The notes under the pieces are model-generated. The model was not told the origin of the DNA. It made no database searches and saw nothing but the letters and a program-made list of their open reading frames with translations. Shown piece after piece: positions 41,518 to 50,162 of a stretch of DNA of 64,000 bases. This DNA is from Escherichia phage MN04. Positions within the stretch are counted from its first letter, which is position 1; every line of letters starts with the position of its first letter. Location: sequence record MT129654.1; one strand, written 5' to 3'. The position numbers and the translations under genes are program-made.

Positions 41518-41750
41518 TGAAATTTCGATTAGTGAAGTTTTCAGGTCTGAATTCAAAAGGTGAAAGCTTAGTAGCCTATTCGGTAGAATACAAAAAGTAC
41601 TTTTTCTCTCGATGGAAATCGTACTATAAATCTGAGTGGGTCTATGCCAACATGAAATACAAAACGGTGCCTATTCTTGATAATTGCCATAGCCTACTAA
41701 GAGCTCTAAAAGAGCGTAATGCAACCACTATTAAAACTATTCTGGAATAA
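41517..41750 (+). CDS. hypothetical protein (77 aa)
   Basis: Start overlaps cd stop. Confidence 0.35.
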   Translation: MKFRLVKFSGLNSKGESLVAYSVEYKKYFFSRWKSYYKSEWVYANMKYKTVPILDNCHSLLRALKERNATTIKTILE

Positions 41751-41752
41751 TT

Positions 41753-42052
41753 ATGATTTTAACTGAACAAGAAACTATTCGACTCCGTGAAAAAGCCAAG
41801 ACTATTCTGTCTGTAGGTACTCACGAAGTTCTGTTTGAAAAGGCGGATGGTAGCGTTCGTCGTATGACTTGTACTCGCGACCTGGACCTTCTCCCGTATA
41901 AAGAAATTCAAGCACCGGGCCCAGAAGCTAATAAAGAACCGGTTAATTATATTCGTGTATTTGATACCAAGGTTAATGACTGGCGTTCATTCCGTTTCGA
42001 TAAACTGATTTCTATTAATGGGCTTCAGACTGAAACTCTGCTTGTCCTGTAA
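41753..42052 (+). CDS. hypothetical protein (99 aa)
   Basis: ATG-initiated ORF. Confidence 0.35.
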   Translation: MILTEQETIRLREKAKTILSVGTHEVLFEKADGSVRRMTCTRDLDLLPYKEIQAPGPEANKEPVNYIRVFDTKVNDWRSFRFDKLISINGLQTETLLVL

Positions 42053-42110
42053 TATGCTTTAAGAATAGCGTGTTATTATTAATCTATCAACAAAACAACA
42101 TGGATTAAAT

Positions 42111-42434
42111 ATGGAACTTCCTATTAAAGCGGTCGGAGAATATGTTATTCTCGTTTCCGAACCAAAACAAGCTGGTGATGAAGAAACTACTGCATCTGGT
42201 ATCGTTATTGGCAAACTTCATCAAGGTGAAATCCCTGAACTTTGTGAAATTTATTCTGTAGGACCTGATGTCCCTGAAGGTTTTTGTGAAGTAGGTGATT
42301 TGACTCCACTTCCTGTTGGTAAGATTGCTAACGTGCCACATCCTTTAGTTGCATTGGGTATTAAACAGCCTAAAGAAATTAAACAGAAATTCGTTACCTG
42401 TCACTATAAAGCTATTCCGTGTCTTTATAAGTGA
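42111..42434 (+). CDS. 31: co-chaperonin gp31 (GroES-like, capsid folding)
   Basis: 107 aa; [15 protein letters not shown]...[32 protein letters not shown] matches T4 gp31. Confidence 0.9.
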   Translation: MELPIKAVGEYVILVSEPKQAGDEETTASGIVIGKLHQGEIPELCEIYSVGPDVPEGFCEVGDLTPLPVGKIANVPHPLVALGIKQPKEIKQKFVTCHYKAIPCLYK

Positions 42435-42442
42435 TATAAATA
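42435..42442 (+). promoter_or_regulatory. late promoter motif TATAAATA upstream of rIII
   Basis: Exact T4 late consensus just after gene 31 stop. Confidence 0.4.
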
Positions 42443-42580
42443 ATAATATGGATTGGCTGCCGGACTAGTTAGTTAACCGGAGAATCCTAAGCGGTGGACT
42501 ACAACTGAGAGACTTGCCGAAAGGAAGTGAAATTCAGAAGAACATGTCCACCAATCTTTATCTCGAATCGAGAATTTAAA

Positions 42581-42829
42581 ATGAACAAACATCTGAATCA
42601 CGCTCTTGAACTGCAACGCAACGCTTGGAACAACGGTCACGAAAACTACGGCGCATCTATTGATGTTGAAGCCGAAGCACTGGAAATCCTGCGTTATTTC
42701 AAACATCTTAATCCGGCTCAGGCTACTCTGGCTGCTGAATTGGAAGCAAAAGATGAACTGAAATATGCTAAGCCTTTGGCTTCAGCAGCTCGTAAAGCAG
42801 TACGTCATTTTATTATTACCCTGAAGTAA
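42581..42829 (+). CDS. rIII: rIII lysis-inhibition accessory protein
   Basis: 82 aa from ATG 42581, same length as T4 RIII; MNKHLNHALELQRN start; track start 42527 non-ATG. Confidence 0.75.
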   Translation: MNKHLNHALELQRNAWNNGHENYGASIDVEAEALEILRYFKHLNPAQATLAAELEAKDELKYAKPLASAARKAVRHFIITLK

Positions 42830-43183
42830 AATCGAGGAGCCGTCGAACTGTCTGATTAATGATTTGCGAATCATTATAGTTTTAAGACCCCCGGCAGTTT
42901 TACGGTGTACCTCTTGAATGGTATTTTATAGCGGCAAGTGCATGCTACCCCGAGGTGATGGCCAATCGGGAGTACGCCTCAAGGCCTATATATCCATCAG
43001 TATATATCTTATCCTCGAGAAATCGAACCCGGAACCTTTAAGCTAACGGTGTGCAACAGATAAGAGCTATGATGACGAGGTTTACGGTTATCCTGTCGTT
43101 AAATATCTAAAACCTATGTTCCCCTTGAGGGCTTGCGCAGGCAATGCCAATAAGTCCTGCATCCTAATTTAAGAGATTTAAAA

Positions 43184-43345
43184 ATGGCTAAGAAAGAAGT
43201 TAAAGTAGTTGACGGAACCTCTAAACGCGCTGGTTACAAGCGTGCGTCTAACAAGCGTATCAATCAGGTAGTTGATAAGCTTCAAGCTCGTGCTCGTGCA
43301 GTATTGCGTGCAGATGCTGCTTGCTTCGGTAAAGTTATTGCATAA
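43184..43345 (+). CDS. hypothetical small basic protein (53 aa)
   Basis: ATG after AAGAG; Lys/Arg-rich; followed by strong terminator; below track cutoff. Confidence 0.35.
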   Translation: MAKKEVKVVDGTSKRAGYKRASNKRINQVVDKLQARARAVLRADAACFGKVIA

Positions 43346-43350
43346 GTTAT

Positions 43351-43378
43351 GGGACTCTTCGGAGTCCCATTTTTGTTT
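43351..43378 (+). terminator. rho-independent terminator
   Basis: GGGACTC-TTCG-GAGTCCC hairpin + ATTTTTGTTT. Confidence 0.65.
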
Positions 43379-43396
43379 CTAAATCTTTAAAAAAGG

Positions 43397-43460
43397 GTAT
43401 ACATCTCCAGTAGGCATGATACTATAGACATGTACCAAATAATACGAAAACAAACTGGAG
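43397..43460 (+). promoter_or_regulatory. early promoter cassette with SD-covering inverted repeat
   Basis: GTATAC, 17 nt, TACTAT; arms CTCCAGT 43405-43411 and ACTGGAG 43454-43460. Confidence 0.5.
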
Positions 43461-43470
43461 AATAAAATGA
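43431..43470 (+). repeat. 40-nt direct repeat (leader/RBS cassette), copy 1
   Basis: TGTACCAAATAATACGAAAACAAACTGGAGAATAAAATGA identical to 43837-43876. Confidence 0.8.
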
Positions 43471-43799
43471 AAACTGTAAACCTGAATGCATCTGTTAAAG
43501 CTAAATGTTTCAACGGTGAATATCAAGAAACCATGTGGGTCCTGACTGCAGTTGAAGGTGATATCATCGAAGTTGAAACAACTGAAGGTATGGGTACTGA
43601 TTTCACATTTACCATCGAGCTTCACAACTTCTTTACAGGTTGGATTTATGAACTGAAAACTGTAATTACTGGTCGTATTGAAGAAAACAAAATTGGTGAA
43701 TTCTATTACGTTAATGCCCGTACACGTGCTGAACGTCTGATTGCTCAGATGAAAAAAGTTGGTAAACTTGATATGAAAAATTGGAATGTTGTGAAATAA
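43467..43799 (+). CDS. hypothetical protein (110 aa)
   Basis: ATG after CTGGAGAATAAA cassette, copy 1 of 40-nt repeat. Confidence 0.4.
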   Translation: MKTVNLNASVKAKCFNGEYQETMWVLTAVEGDIIEVETTEGMGTDFTFTIELHNFFTGWIYELKTVITGRIEENKIGEFYYVNARTRAERLIAQMKKVGKLDMKNWNVVK

Positions 43800-43802
43800 A
43801 TG

Positions 43803-43842
43803 TTTTACTTTGGTACAGGTTGTGTTATTATAGACCTGTACC
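43803..43842 (+). promoter_or_regulatory. early promoter cassette with stem-loop
   Basis: TTTTAC, 17 nt, TATTAT; GGTACAGGT/ACCTGTACC inverted repeat. Confidence 0.45.
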
Positions 43843-43876
43843 AAATAATACGAAAACAAACTGGAGAATAAAATGA
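43837..43876 (+). repeat. 40-nt direct repeat (leader/RBS cassette), copy 2
   Basis: Identical to 43431-43470. Confidence 0.8.
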
Positions 43877-44238
43877 ACTACATCAACTTCGAACGTAAAT
43901 ATGTTTCTAACGGTATCGCTGGTTCTTCTGAAGTTATTTGTCTGTGGAAACACAACAACGGCACAGTGTGCGAAATCGAACAGTGCATGACTCCTAACTA
44001 CGTTTATATGCGCTTTGAAAATGGTATCACGGTTTCAATCACTATGGAAGGTTCTACTTTTAAAATCGCTTTGGATGATGATTTCCGTCAACGTGATTTA
44101 GGTACCCATCCTTGCTGGAACGGTGATAATCGTAAGCTTCTGGTTAAAACCTGGATTCGTCACATCCTGAGCAACCGTGCTAAACCTGAACACCTGGAAG
44201 CAATCTTTGATGTAGTTCTGAATGAATTTGATATCTAA
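43873..44238 (+). CDS. hypothetical protein (121 aa)
   Basis: ATG after identical 40-nt leader cassette, copy 2. Confidence 0.4.
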   Translation: MNYINFERKYVSNGIAGSSEVICLWKHNNGTVCEIEQCMTPNYVYMRFENGITVSITMEGSTFKIALDDDFRQRDLGTHPCWNGDNRKLLVKTWIRHILSNRAKPEHLEAIFDVVLNEFDI

Positions 44239-44279
44239 TCTTAAAAATGGAGGCTTCTGCCTCCTTTGAGGAAAATATT

Positions 44280-44567
44280 ATGTTTATGACCACTTATTTC
44301 GATACTCGTAAAAATTTCTGTGAAGTTGTCTTCTCTAAGGCAGGTAAAGATGTTCCTGCTGACAAACAGCCTACTCGTGAATCCATTAAGGCCTATGCTG
44401 ATGTGGTTTGTCCAGTAGAATTCCGTACAGTCAATGGTCGTGACACCCTAGCAATCACTAAGCTCAACCGCGATATTAACATCGACCCAAGTGTCGCCCG
44501 CGAAGTCAATACTTCTGACATCTACGGCGGTAATGTTAAATCACATGGATTCCAGATGAGGTTCTAA
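44280..44567 (+). CDS. hypothetical protein (95 aa)
   Basis: ATG after TTTGAGGAAAATATT SD; track start 44247 lies inside an upstream hairpin. Confidence 0.35.
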   Translation: MFMTTYFDTRKNFCEVVFSKAGKDVPADKQPTRESIKAYADVVCPVEFRTVNGRDTLAITKLNRDINIDPSVAREVNTSDIYGGNVKSHGFQMRF

Positions 44568-44761
44568 TGCAACTATTCTTATCACAAACCGTTCAGTTAA
44601 AAGGTGTAGGTATTCCTGGTATGATTTCAAAGGTTTTACCTGCTTTTAAATTGGGTAATGCTACTATTAAAGAAGCCTACACGGTCCTATGGGTCGATGG
44701 CACTGAAGACGTTCGCATGGGTTCTGAATTGTCTGTAATCAAATGTTTGAAGCGAGGATAA
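44567..44761 (+). CDS. hypothetical protein (64 aa)
   Basis: TAATG overlap. Confidence 0.3.
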   Translation: MQLFLSQTVQLKGVGIPGMISKVLPAFKLGNATIKEAYTVLWVDGTEDVRMGSELSVIKCLKRG

Positions 44762-44762
44762 T

Positions 44763-44978
44763 ATGGTCAAGAAACTGATTCAGAAATTGTTAGGTACGGA
44801 AATGGTTGAAGTGACTTATCGTGTGACTGATGTTTCTCCTCATACGGCGGACCATTTAGAACCTTATATCATGACAATTAAAATGCCTAAACATGACGGT
44901 GGTTTATCCATTGAAGACCGACTGCCGGGTTATGGTTATTGGGCTGATGTTGAAATTATAAGTGTCAAAGATGTCTGA
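44763..44978 (+). CDS. hypothetical protein (71 aa)
   Basis: ATG-initiated ORF. Confidence 0.3.
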   Translation: MVKKLIQKLLGTEMVEVTYRVTDVSPHTADHLEPYIMTIKMPKHDGGLSIEDRLPGYGYWADVEIISVKDV

Positions 44979-45429
44979 GTTAGAAATTAGAAGTAACTTT
45001 CCGTGGCCATCATGTGCATTAAGTAACTTTGCTAAATGGCCTTTCGTTATGGATGGTATCCAATTTGGTGGACTTGAAGGATTCCTCCAAGGATGTAAGG
45101 TGAAAAATGTTGAACAACAAAGACGTATATTTAGGATGTCCGGGTTGGACGCGCAAAAAGCTGGACGAGCTTATGCTAGGGCTCAGGACCGTGGCACGTT
45201 GTTCTGGCTTGGAACCCCGTTTTCAAGATATTCCGAAGCGTGGAAAGAGCTTTACGAAAGTGCGTATTTTGAAGCAGCGCTCCAGAACAAAGGATTCCGA
45301 GAAGCTTTACAAGCCACTAAAGGTAAGGTTTTAAAGCATTCAATGGCAAGCCACCTCAAAGAATGTGATACAATACTAACTGAAAAAGAGTTTATCGACA
45401 TCCTAAACAAATTGAGAGATTTATTATGA
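44971..45429 (+). CDS. NADAR / YbiA-like domain protein (putative ADP-ribose or N-glycoside hydrolase)
   Basis: LSNFAKWPFVMDGIQFGGLEGFLQGCK resembles the YbiA/NADAR signature (FSNFAAWPI..DG......E..FQA.K); track start 44962 is GTG. Confidence 0.55.
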   Translation: MSELEIRSNFPWPSCALSNFAKWPFVMDGIQFGGLEGFLQGCKVKNVEQQRRIFRMSGLDAQKAGRAYARAQDRGTLFWLGTPFSRYSEAWKELYESAYFEAALQNKGFREALQATKGKVLKHSMASHLKECDTILTEKEFIDILNKLRDLL

Positions 45430-46064
45430 AACCAGTTATCTTAACAGATATCGATGGAGTATGTTTAAGTTGGCAGTCCGGCTTGCCTTATTTCGCACAG
45501 AAATATAATTTGCCTTTAGAACATATTTTGAATATGATTCAGGACGAACGTTTCTTATCTCCAGGTGAACTGTTTAATTGTGACGACGAATTAGGCGCAC
45601 GTTTAATTGAGAAATATAATCAGTCGGATTTTATTCGTTATCTGTCCCCTTACATGGACGCATTAAAACACATCAACAAGCTCAAAAAAGACTTCGATTT
45701 TGTAGCCGTGACTGCGCTAGGCGACTCAATTGATGCCCTGCTGAATAGACAATTCAATTTGAATGCTTTGTTCCCTGGCGCATTCAAGGAGATTCTGATG
45801 TGTGGTCATTCAGAATCAAAAGAAGACCTGTTCATAAGAGCTAAAAATACGTACGGCAAACGCATTAAGTTTTATGTTGACGATTTGGCTCACCACTGTG
45901 ATGCTGCATCTAATATTCTCATGGATATCCAAGTTTATTGGTTAGCCCGTGGTGAACGCGACTTTAAACCTAATTTAGCCGTAAAGGTTAATTCATGGGA
46001 CGATATCGCAGCAATCGAATCCCTTCGTAATAATGCAGCCGTTGAATGGATTGCACGAGGTTAA
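45426..46064 (+). CDS. HAD-superfamily hydrolase (putative nucleotidase/phosphatase)
   Basis: Motif I ILTDIDGV, motif II VAVTA, C-terminal K...YVDD; ATGA overlap with NADAR stop. Confidence 0.5.
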   Translation: MKPVILTDIDGVCLSWQSGLPYFAQKYNLPLEHILNMIQDERFLSPGELFNCDDELGARLIEKYNQSDFIRYLSPYMDALKHINKLKKDFDFVAVTALGDSIDALLNRQFNLNALFPGAFKEILMCGHSESKEDLFIRAKNTYGKRIKFYVDDLAHHCDAASNILMDIQVYWLARGERDFKPNLAVKVNSWDDIAAIESLRNNAAVEWIARG

Positions 46065-46065
46065 T

Positions 46066-46329
46066 ATGTTTGTTGTTCATACTATTACTGATGGAATCCC
46101 TAAATCCCATGATTATGGAAACTTTAGACAATTCCTTCGATTGAATCCTGTATATTTCCAAGCCAAAGATGAAGATATCTTTATCCAATGTGTTCGGCGT
46201 GGATTTATGTATGTTACTGAATATGATATTAAAGATAAGCGTATTATATCGTATCACAAAACTTTAAATGAGCTTTTAGATGAAGTAGCTTATAATAGAA
46301 GTACACAAACTGTAAGGACGGTAAAATGA
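46066..46329 (+). CDS. hypothetical protein (87 aa)
   Basis: First ATG of track ORF 46033. Confidence 0.35.
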   Translation: MFVVHTITDGIPKSHDYGNFRQFLRLNPVYFQAKDEDIFIQCVRRGFMYVTEYDIKDKRIISYHKTLNELLDEVAYNRSTQTVRTVK

Positions 46330-47849
46330 TTTTAGATATTTTAAACGAAATTGCTTCTATTGATTCTACTAAAGCTAAAGAAGCTATTATTGCTCGTGAA
46401 AAGGATAACGAGCTTCTGAAACGTGTATATCGTATGGCTTATACCCGTCGTTTGAACTATGGTATTAAAAAGTGGCCAGAACCTGGATTTACGTCTCAAT
46501 CCTTTGGTATGATTACACTTGAAGACCTTCTTGATTTCGCTGAGTTCACATTAGCCACCCGTAAGATTACGGGTAATGCTGCTATTGAAGAGCTTGCTCA
46601 AATTATTGCTGATGCTAAGGGTCCTGACGCTGAGGTATTACGTCGCGTAATGATGCGTGACCTTGAATGTGGTGCATCGATTTCTATTGCTAACAAGGTT
46701 TGGAAAGGTTTAATCCCTGAACAACCTCAAATGTTGGCTAGTTCTTATGATGAAGATTTGATTAAGAAAAATATTAAATGGCCTGCGTTCGCCCAATTAA
46801 AAGCTGACGGCGCCCGTTGTTTTGCTGAAGTTCGTAACGATGGCGTAACATTCCTTACTCGTGGTGGTAATGAATACCAAGGGCTTAATCTTTTGGCGGC
46901 TGAATTAATGGCCATGACCGAAGAAGCTCGACAGCGCCATCCTAATGGTGTTATGATTGATGGCGAATTAGTTTACCACACTCCTAAAGTAGAACCTAAA
47001 GCATCTAATGATTTGTTTAGTATGTTTGATGAGGAACTTCCTGAATTAAGTAAAGCCAAGGAATTCCAAACCGTAGCCGATCGTTCTACTTCAAACGGGT
47101 TGGCTAACAAGGCTCTTCAAGGAACTATTACTCCAACCGAAGCAGCAGGTATGGTGTTACAGGCGTGGGATTATGTCCCATTGGATGTCGTATATTCCGA
47201 AGGTAAAATTAAAGGCGATAAGTATGATGTACGCTTTGCAGCCTTAGAACTTATGGTTGCTCATAATGTCGTATTGCATGGTACAACGCGTGTTGAAGCT
47301 ATCGAAAACCAATGGGTTAATAATCTTGACGAAGCTAAAGTCGTTTATAAGAAATATGTCGACCAAGGCCTGGAAGGTATTATCCTTAAGAACATGGACT
47401 CCTACTGGGAAAACCGCCGTTCTAAGAATCTTATCAAGTTCAAAGAAGTAATCGATATCGCTTTAGAAGTGGTAGGTTATTATGAACACTCGAAGGACCC
47501 AAACAAACTTGGTGGTGTCGAGCTAGTATCACGGTGTCGTCGAATTACATCTGACTGTGGTTCAGGCTTTAAAGATACTACCCATAAGAAAGATAAATCA
47601 GGTAAAAAGGTATTGATTCCATTAGAAGACCGTCCTGATTTAGACCGTGAACTTCTTATGAAACAAGCCCGTGAAGGTAAATTGATTGGACGTATTGCTG
47701 ACTGTGAATGTAATGGTTGGGTTCATTCTAAAGGACGTACTGATACTGTAGGTATTTTCCTTCCAATTATTAAAGGTTGGCGTTTCGATAAAACAGAAGC
47801 TGATACATTTGAAGATGTATTTGGTGATTGGTCTCAAACTGGACTATAA
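46326..47849 (+). CDS. 30: ATP-dependent DNA ligase
   Basis: 507 aa; MILDILNEIASIDSTKAKEAII start; adenylation motif AQLKADGARC; EGIILKN; matches T4 ligase. Confidence 0.9.
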   Translation: MILDILNEIASIDSTKAKEAIIAREKDNELLKRVYRMAYTRRLNYGIKKWPEPGFTSQSFGMITLEDLLDFAEFTLATRKITGNAAIEELAQIIADAKGPDAEVLRRVMMRDLECGASISIANKVWKGLIPEQPQMLASSYDEDLIKKNIKWPAFAQLKADGARCFAEVRNDGVTFLTRGGNEYQGLNLLAAELMAMTEEARQRHPNGVMIDGELVYHTPKVEPKASNDLFSMFDEELPELSKAKEFQTVADRSTSNGLANKALQGTITPTEAAGMVLQAWDYVPLDVVYSEGKIKGDKYDVRFAALELMVAHNVVLHGTTRVEAIENQWVNNLDEAKVVYKKYVDQGLEGIILKNMDSYWENRRSKNLIKFKEVIDIALEVVGYYEHSKDPNKLGGVELVSRCRRITSDCGSGFKDTTHKKDKSGKKVLIPLEDRPDLDRELLMKQAREGKLIGRIADCECNGWVHSKGRTDTVGIFLPIIKGWRFDKTEADTFEDVFGDWSQTGL

Positions 47850-47850
47850 T

Positions 47851-48021
47851 ATGAAAGCTTATTTAGAAACAATTGTTGTAACAAACGCAAATAACACTGC
47901 GGCCTCTCAAATCATCCTAGAGTTTGAGGATGAAATAGCTTTTGCCGATTTTAAAGACGTGTTTGACGGCTATGAAAAAGGCCCGACATTCGAAGTATAT
48001 CGTACGTTGCTACCACTTTAA
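47851..48021 (+). CDS. hypothetical protein (56 aa)
   Basis: First ATG after ligase stop; followed by hairpin terminator. Confidence 0.3.
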   Translation: MKAYLETIVVTNANNTAASQIILEFEDEIAFADFKDVFDGYEKGPTFEVYRTLLPL

Positions 48022-48039
48022 GGCCTTCGGGCCTTTTAT
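48021..48039 (+). terminator. terminator-like hairpin after ligase operon
   Basis: AGGCC-TTCG-GGCCT + TTTTA. Confidence 0.45.
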
Positions 48040-48041
48040 GG

Positions 48042-48049
48042 CATAAATA
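48042..48049 (+). promoter_or_regulatory. possible late promoter variant (CATAAATA) upstream of alt
   Basis: 7/8 match to TATAAATA, 23 nt before Alt start. Confidence 0.3.
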
Positions 48050-48071
48050 CGGTTATTAAAGAGGAATTATT

Positions 48072-50159
48072 ATGACCGAACAATTAAATGAAGTGTTTGA
48101 GTCCGAAGGCACCCTGCCTACTGTAAACTTAAACCCAAAACTTAAAGTACCCCAGATTTGGAAGATTGGCGACGCCGAATCCCAATTAGTTGCTCGTATG
48201 GTATCTTATGCCTCTGAAGGCGATGCTATTAAACAGGTTAAATTAGGTGATAAATATGCCCACGTTATTTTGATGAGTTTATCAGCTAAAGGTACTCCAG
48301 CCGAACTTAAAGGTGGATTAGGCCCTACTCCTATTGATGCTATTAATACCATTTTCGACGTAGTATTCGAACAAGTTAAAAAGCTTCGTATGGATGCTGT
48401 GATGTTCCGTTTTCCAACCAAGAAAATGAAAGGACAAGGACCTATTGTCCAACGGATTATCCAACGTTTGGTAGCACAGAAAACCGGTGGACGTTTTAAA
48501 GTAGTTCCAGCCATGTACCAATTTACCGGTAAACATACTTATATCCTAGTAGTTCGTAAACAAGCTGATATCGAAGATATCAAAGGTATGCCTGGAATTA
48601 ATGCCGAATTATATACTAAGGTAGATTCTGATGTTGGTGAAGTTTATATTTCTAAAAAAGAAGGCGCTCAGGTTACTAAAGAAACCGCTATTGCCGGCAG
48701 TATTGCTAAAGTTGAAGAACGTCGCACTGATAAAATGGTTATAACCAAGACTAAGATTTCTCGTCGTGCGATTGCGGCAAGCCAGTCATTAGAAGCAGAC
48801 CGTAATGAAGGTGAATTATTTCAGAAATATGAACAAACTGCCAATGAGTTCAGTGCGCCTGCTACGGCGGAATTAATTCCACAAGCAGCCGAAGTTGAAT
48901 TATCATTATCATCCGAAACAGCTAAGGATAAGCTGGCTACGGCTATTGATTTTAAAATTTATAATACTATGGATGATTCATTTAAATTTGCGGATGAAGT
49001 TTCTTACGGTGATAAAATTAACTCTTCTTTAGAAAAATTTGTCAAAAAAATTAAAAATGAAAAAACCACGTCAGTTAAAGCTTTAGCCGCCTTTGTTGAA
49101 GCTGCTAATGAAATCGCAGAATCTATTAAAAGTGATTGGTTTGAAGATTATAGAAAAGACAATTTCCATTTGGAAAAAGAGATATTGAATGAAAACAGTG
49201 AAAGAGTATGGAAACAACGTAAGTCTTCATTCTTGTCTAAGATAATGTATACATACGCTATAGAATCAACTAGAGAAATTCTTAATATAACAACATCTCG
49301 AGACCCTAAACAATATACACTTGCAGAAAAACGAGCTATCAGAGAATACGCCTCTTCAGCTTATATTGATATTAACAATGTCCTTCTTGGCCGTTATAAA
49401 CCGGGCTTTTATGAAGTTTTGGACGAAAGCGAAGTTAAACGTGCTATTGATGGAATGGATTCTGCCTTTAAAAATGGTGACCGTTTACCTGAAGGAATAA
49501 TGGTTTATAGAGCACAATCTTTGCGCGCGCCTATCTACGAAGCATTAGTTAAAAATAAGGTATTCTATTTTAGAAACTATGTTTCAACCTCATTGGCTCC
49601 AATCATTTTTGGTGGCTTTAAAGAGAATGCGGCTATTGGTCTTGCTTCCGATGATGTTCGAAAAGAATTAAACATTGATAATAATGACGAAGGCGTTACC
49701 ATCTCTGCTAGTCAAGTGCGTACACATATGTATGCGCCGGATCAAATCCGTGTTGATGTTGGCTGGGCTATTAGTGGCGCTCATAAGGTTAACGTGATTT
49801 ATCCTGGCCAATTAAGCATGCATGCCAACGAAAAGGAAATAATTTTACCACGCGGGCTACTTGTAAAAATAGATAAAATCGTGGATGCATCAGCCAATAC
49901 TGGTTCTGGGGCGGTTTCTAACAATAAATTTATTCAAGCTGAAGTTATGACATCAGATGAGCTTCAAGAATCTGTAGTGTATGATGGTGACGTACTAATG
50001 GAAACCGGTGAGTTGGTCGTATACCAAGATGACTTCGATACTTCCGAAAGCCCTGTATCTTTTGATTCATTTGTTAAATCTACACGGTTTGACGTACTGC
50101 CTCTTTTGGCTTCATGCATAGACCTCTATGGCATACCAGAAAAATTCATCCAAGGGTAA
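48072..50159 (+). CDS. alt: Alt-like ADP-ribosyltransferase, copy 1
   Basis: 695 aa; locus between gene 30 and gene 54 as T4 alt; C-terminal R/S-x-S/E-x-E signature: VYRAQSL, YVSTSL, EKEIILPRG. Confidence 0.75.
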   Translation: MTEQLNEVFESEGTLPTVNLNPKLKVPQIWKIGDAESQLVARMVSYASEGDAIKQVKLGDKYAHVILMSLSAKGTPAELKGGLGPTPIDAINTIFDVVFEQVKKLRMDAVMFRFPTKKMKGQGPIVQRIIQRLVAQKTGGRFKVVPAMYQFTGKHTYILVVRKQADIEDIKGMPGINAELYTKVDSDVGEVYISKKEGAQVTKETAIAGSIAKVEERRTDKMVITKTKISRRAIAASQSLEADRNEGELFQKYEQTANEFSAPATAELIPQAAEVELSLSSETAKDKLATAIDFKIYNTMDDSFKFADEVSYGDKINSSLEKFVKKIKNEKTTSVKALAAFVEAANEIAESIKSDWFEDYRKDNFHLEKEILNENSERVWKQRKSSFLSKIMYTYAIESTREILNITTSRDPKQYTLAEKRAIREYASSAYIDINNVLLGRYKPGFYEVLDESEVKRAIDGMDSAFKNGDRLPEGIMVYRAQSLRAPIYEALVKNKVFYFRNYVSTSLAPIIFGGFKENAAIGLASDDVRKELNIDNNDEGVTISASQVRTHMYAPDQIRVDVGWAISGAHKVNVIYPGQLSMHANEKEIILPRGLLVKIDKIVDASANTGSGAVSNNKFIQAEVMTSDELQESVVYDGDVLMETGELVVYQDDFDTSESPVSFDSFVKSTRFDVLPLLASCIDLYGIPEKFIQG

Positions 50160-50162
50160 ATA

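Noticed and set aside
43016-43035. tRNA-like T-loop motif (reverse complement GGTTCCGGGTTCGATTTCTC) in the non-coding island
   Set aside because: The flanking sequence cannot form a proper T-stem (CCGGG versus TCTCG) or an acceptor stem; no cloverleaf could be built by hand. A covariance-model scan would be decisive.
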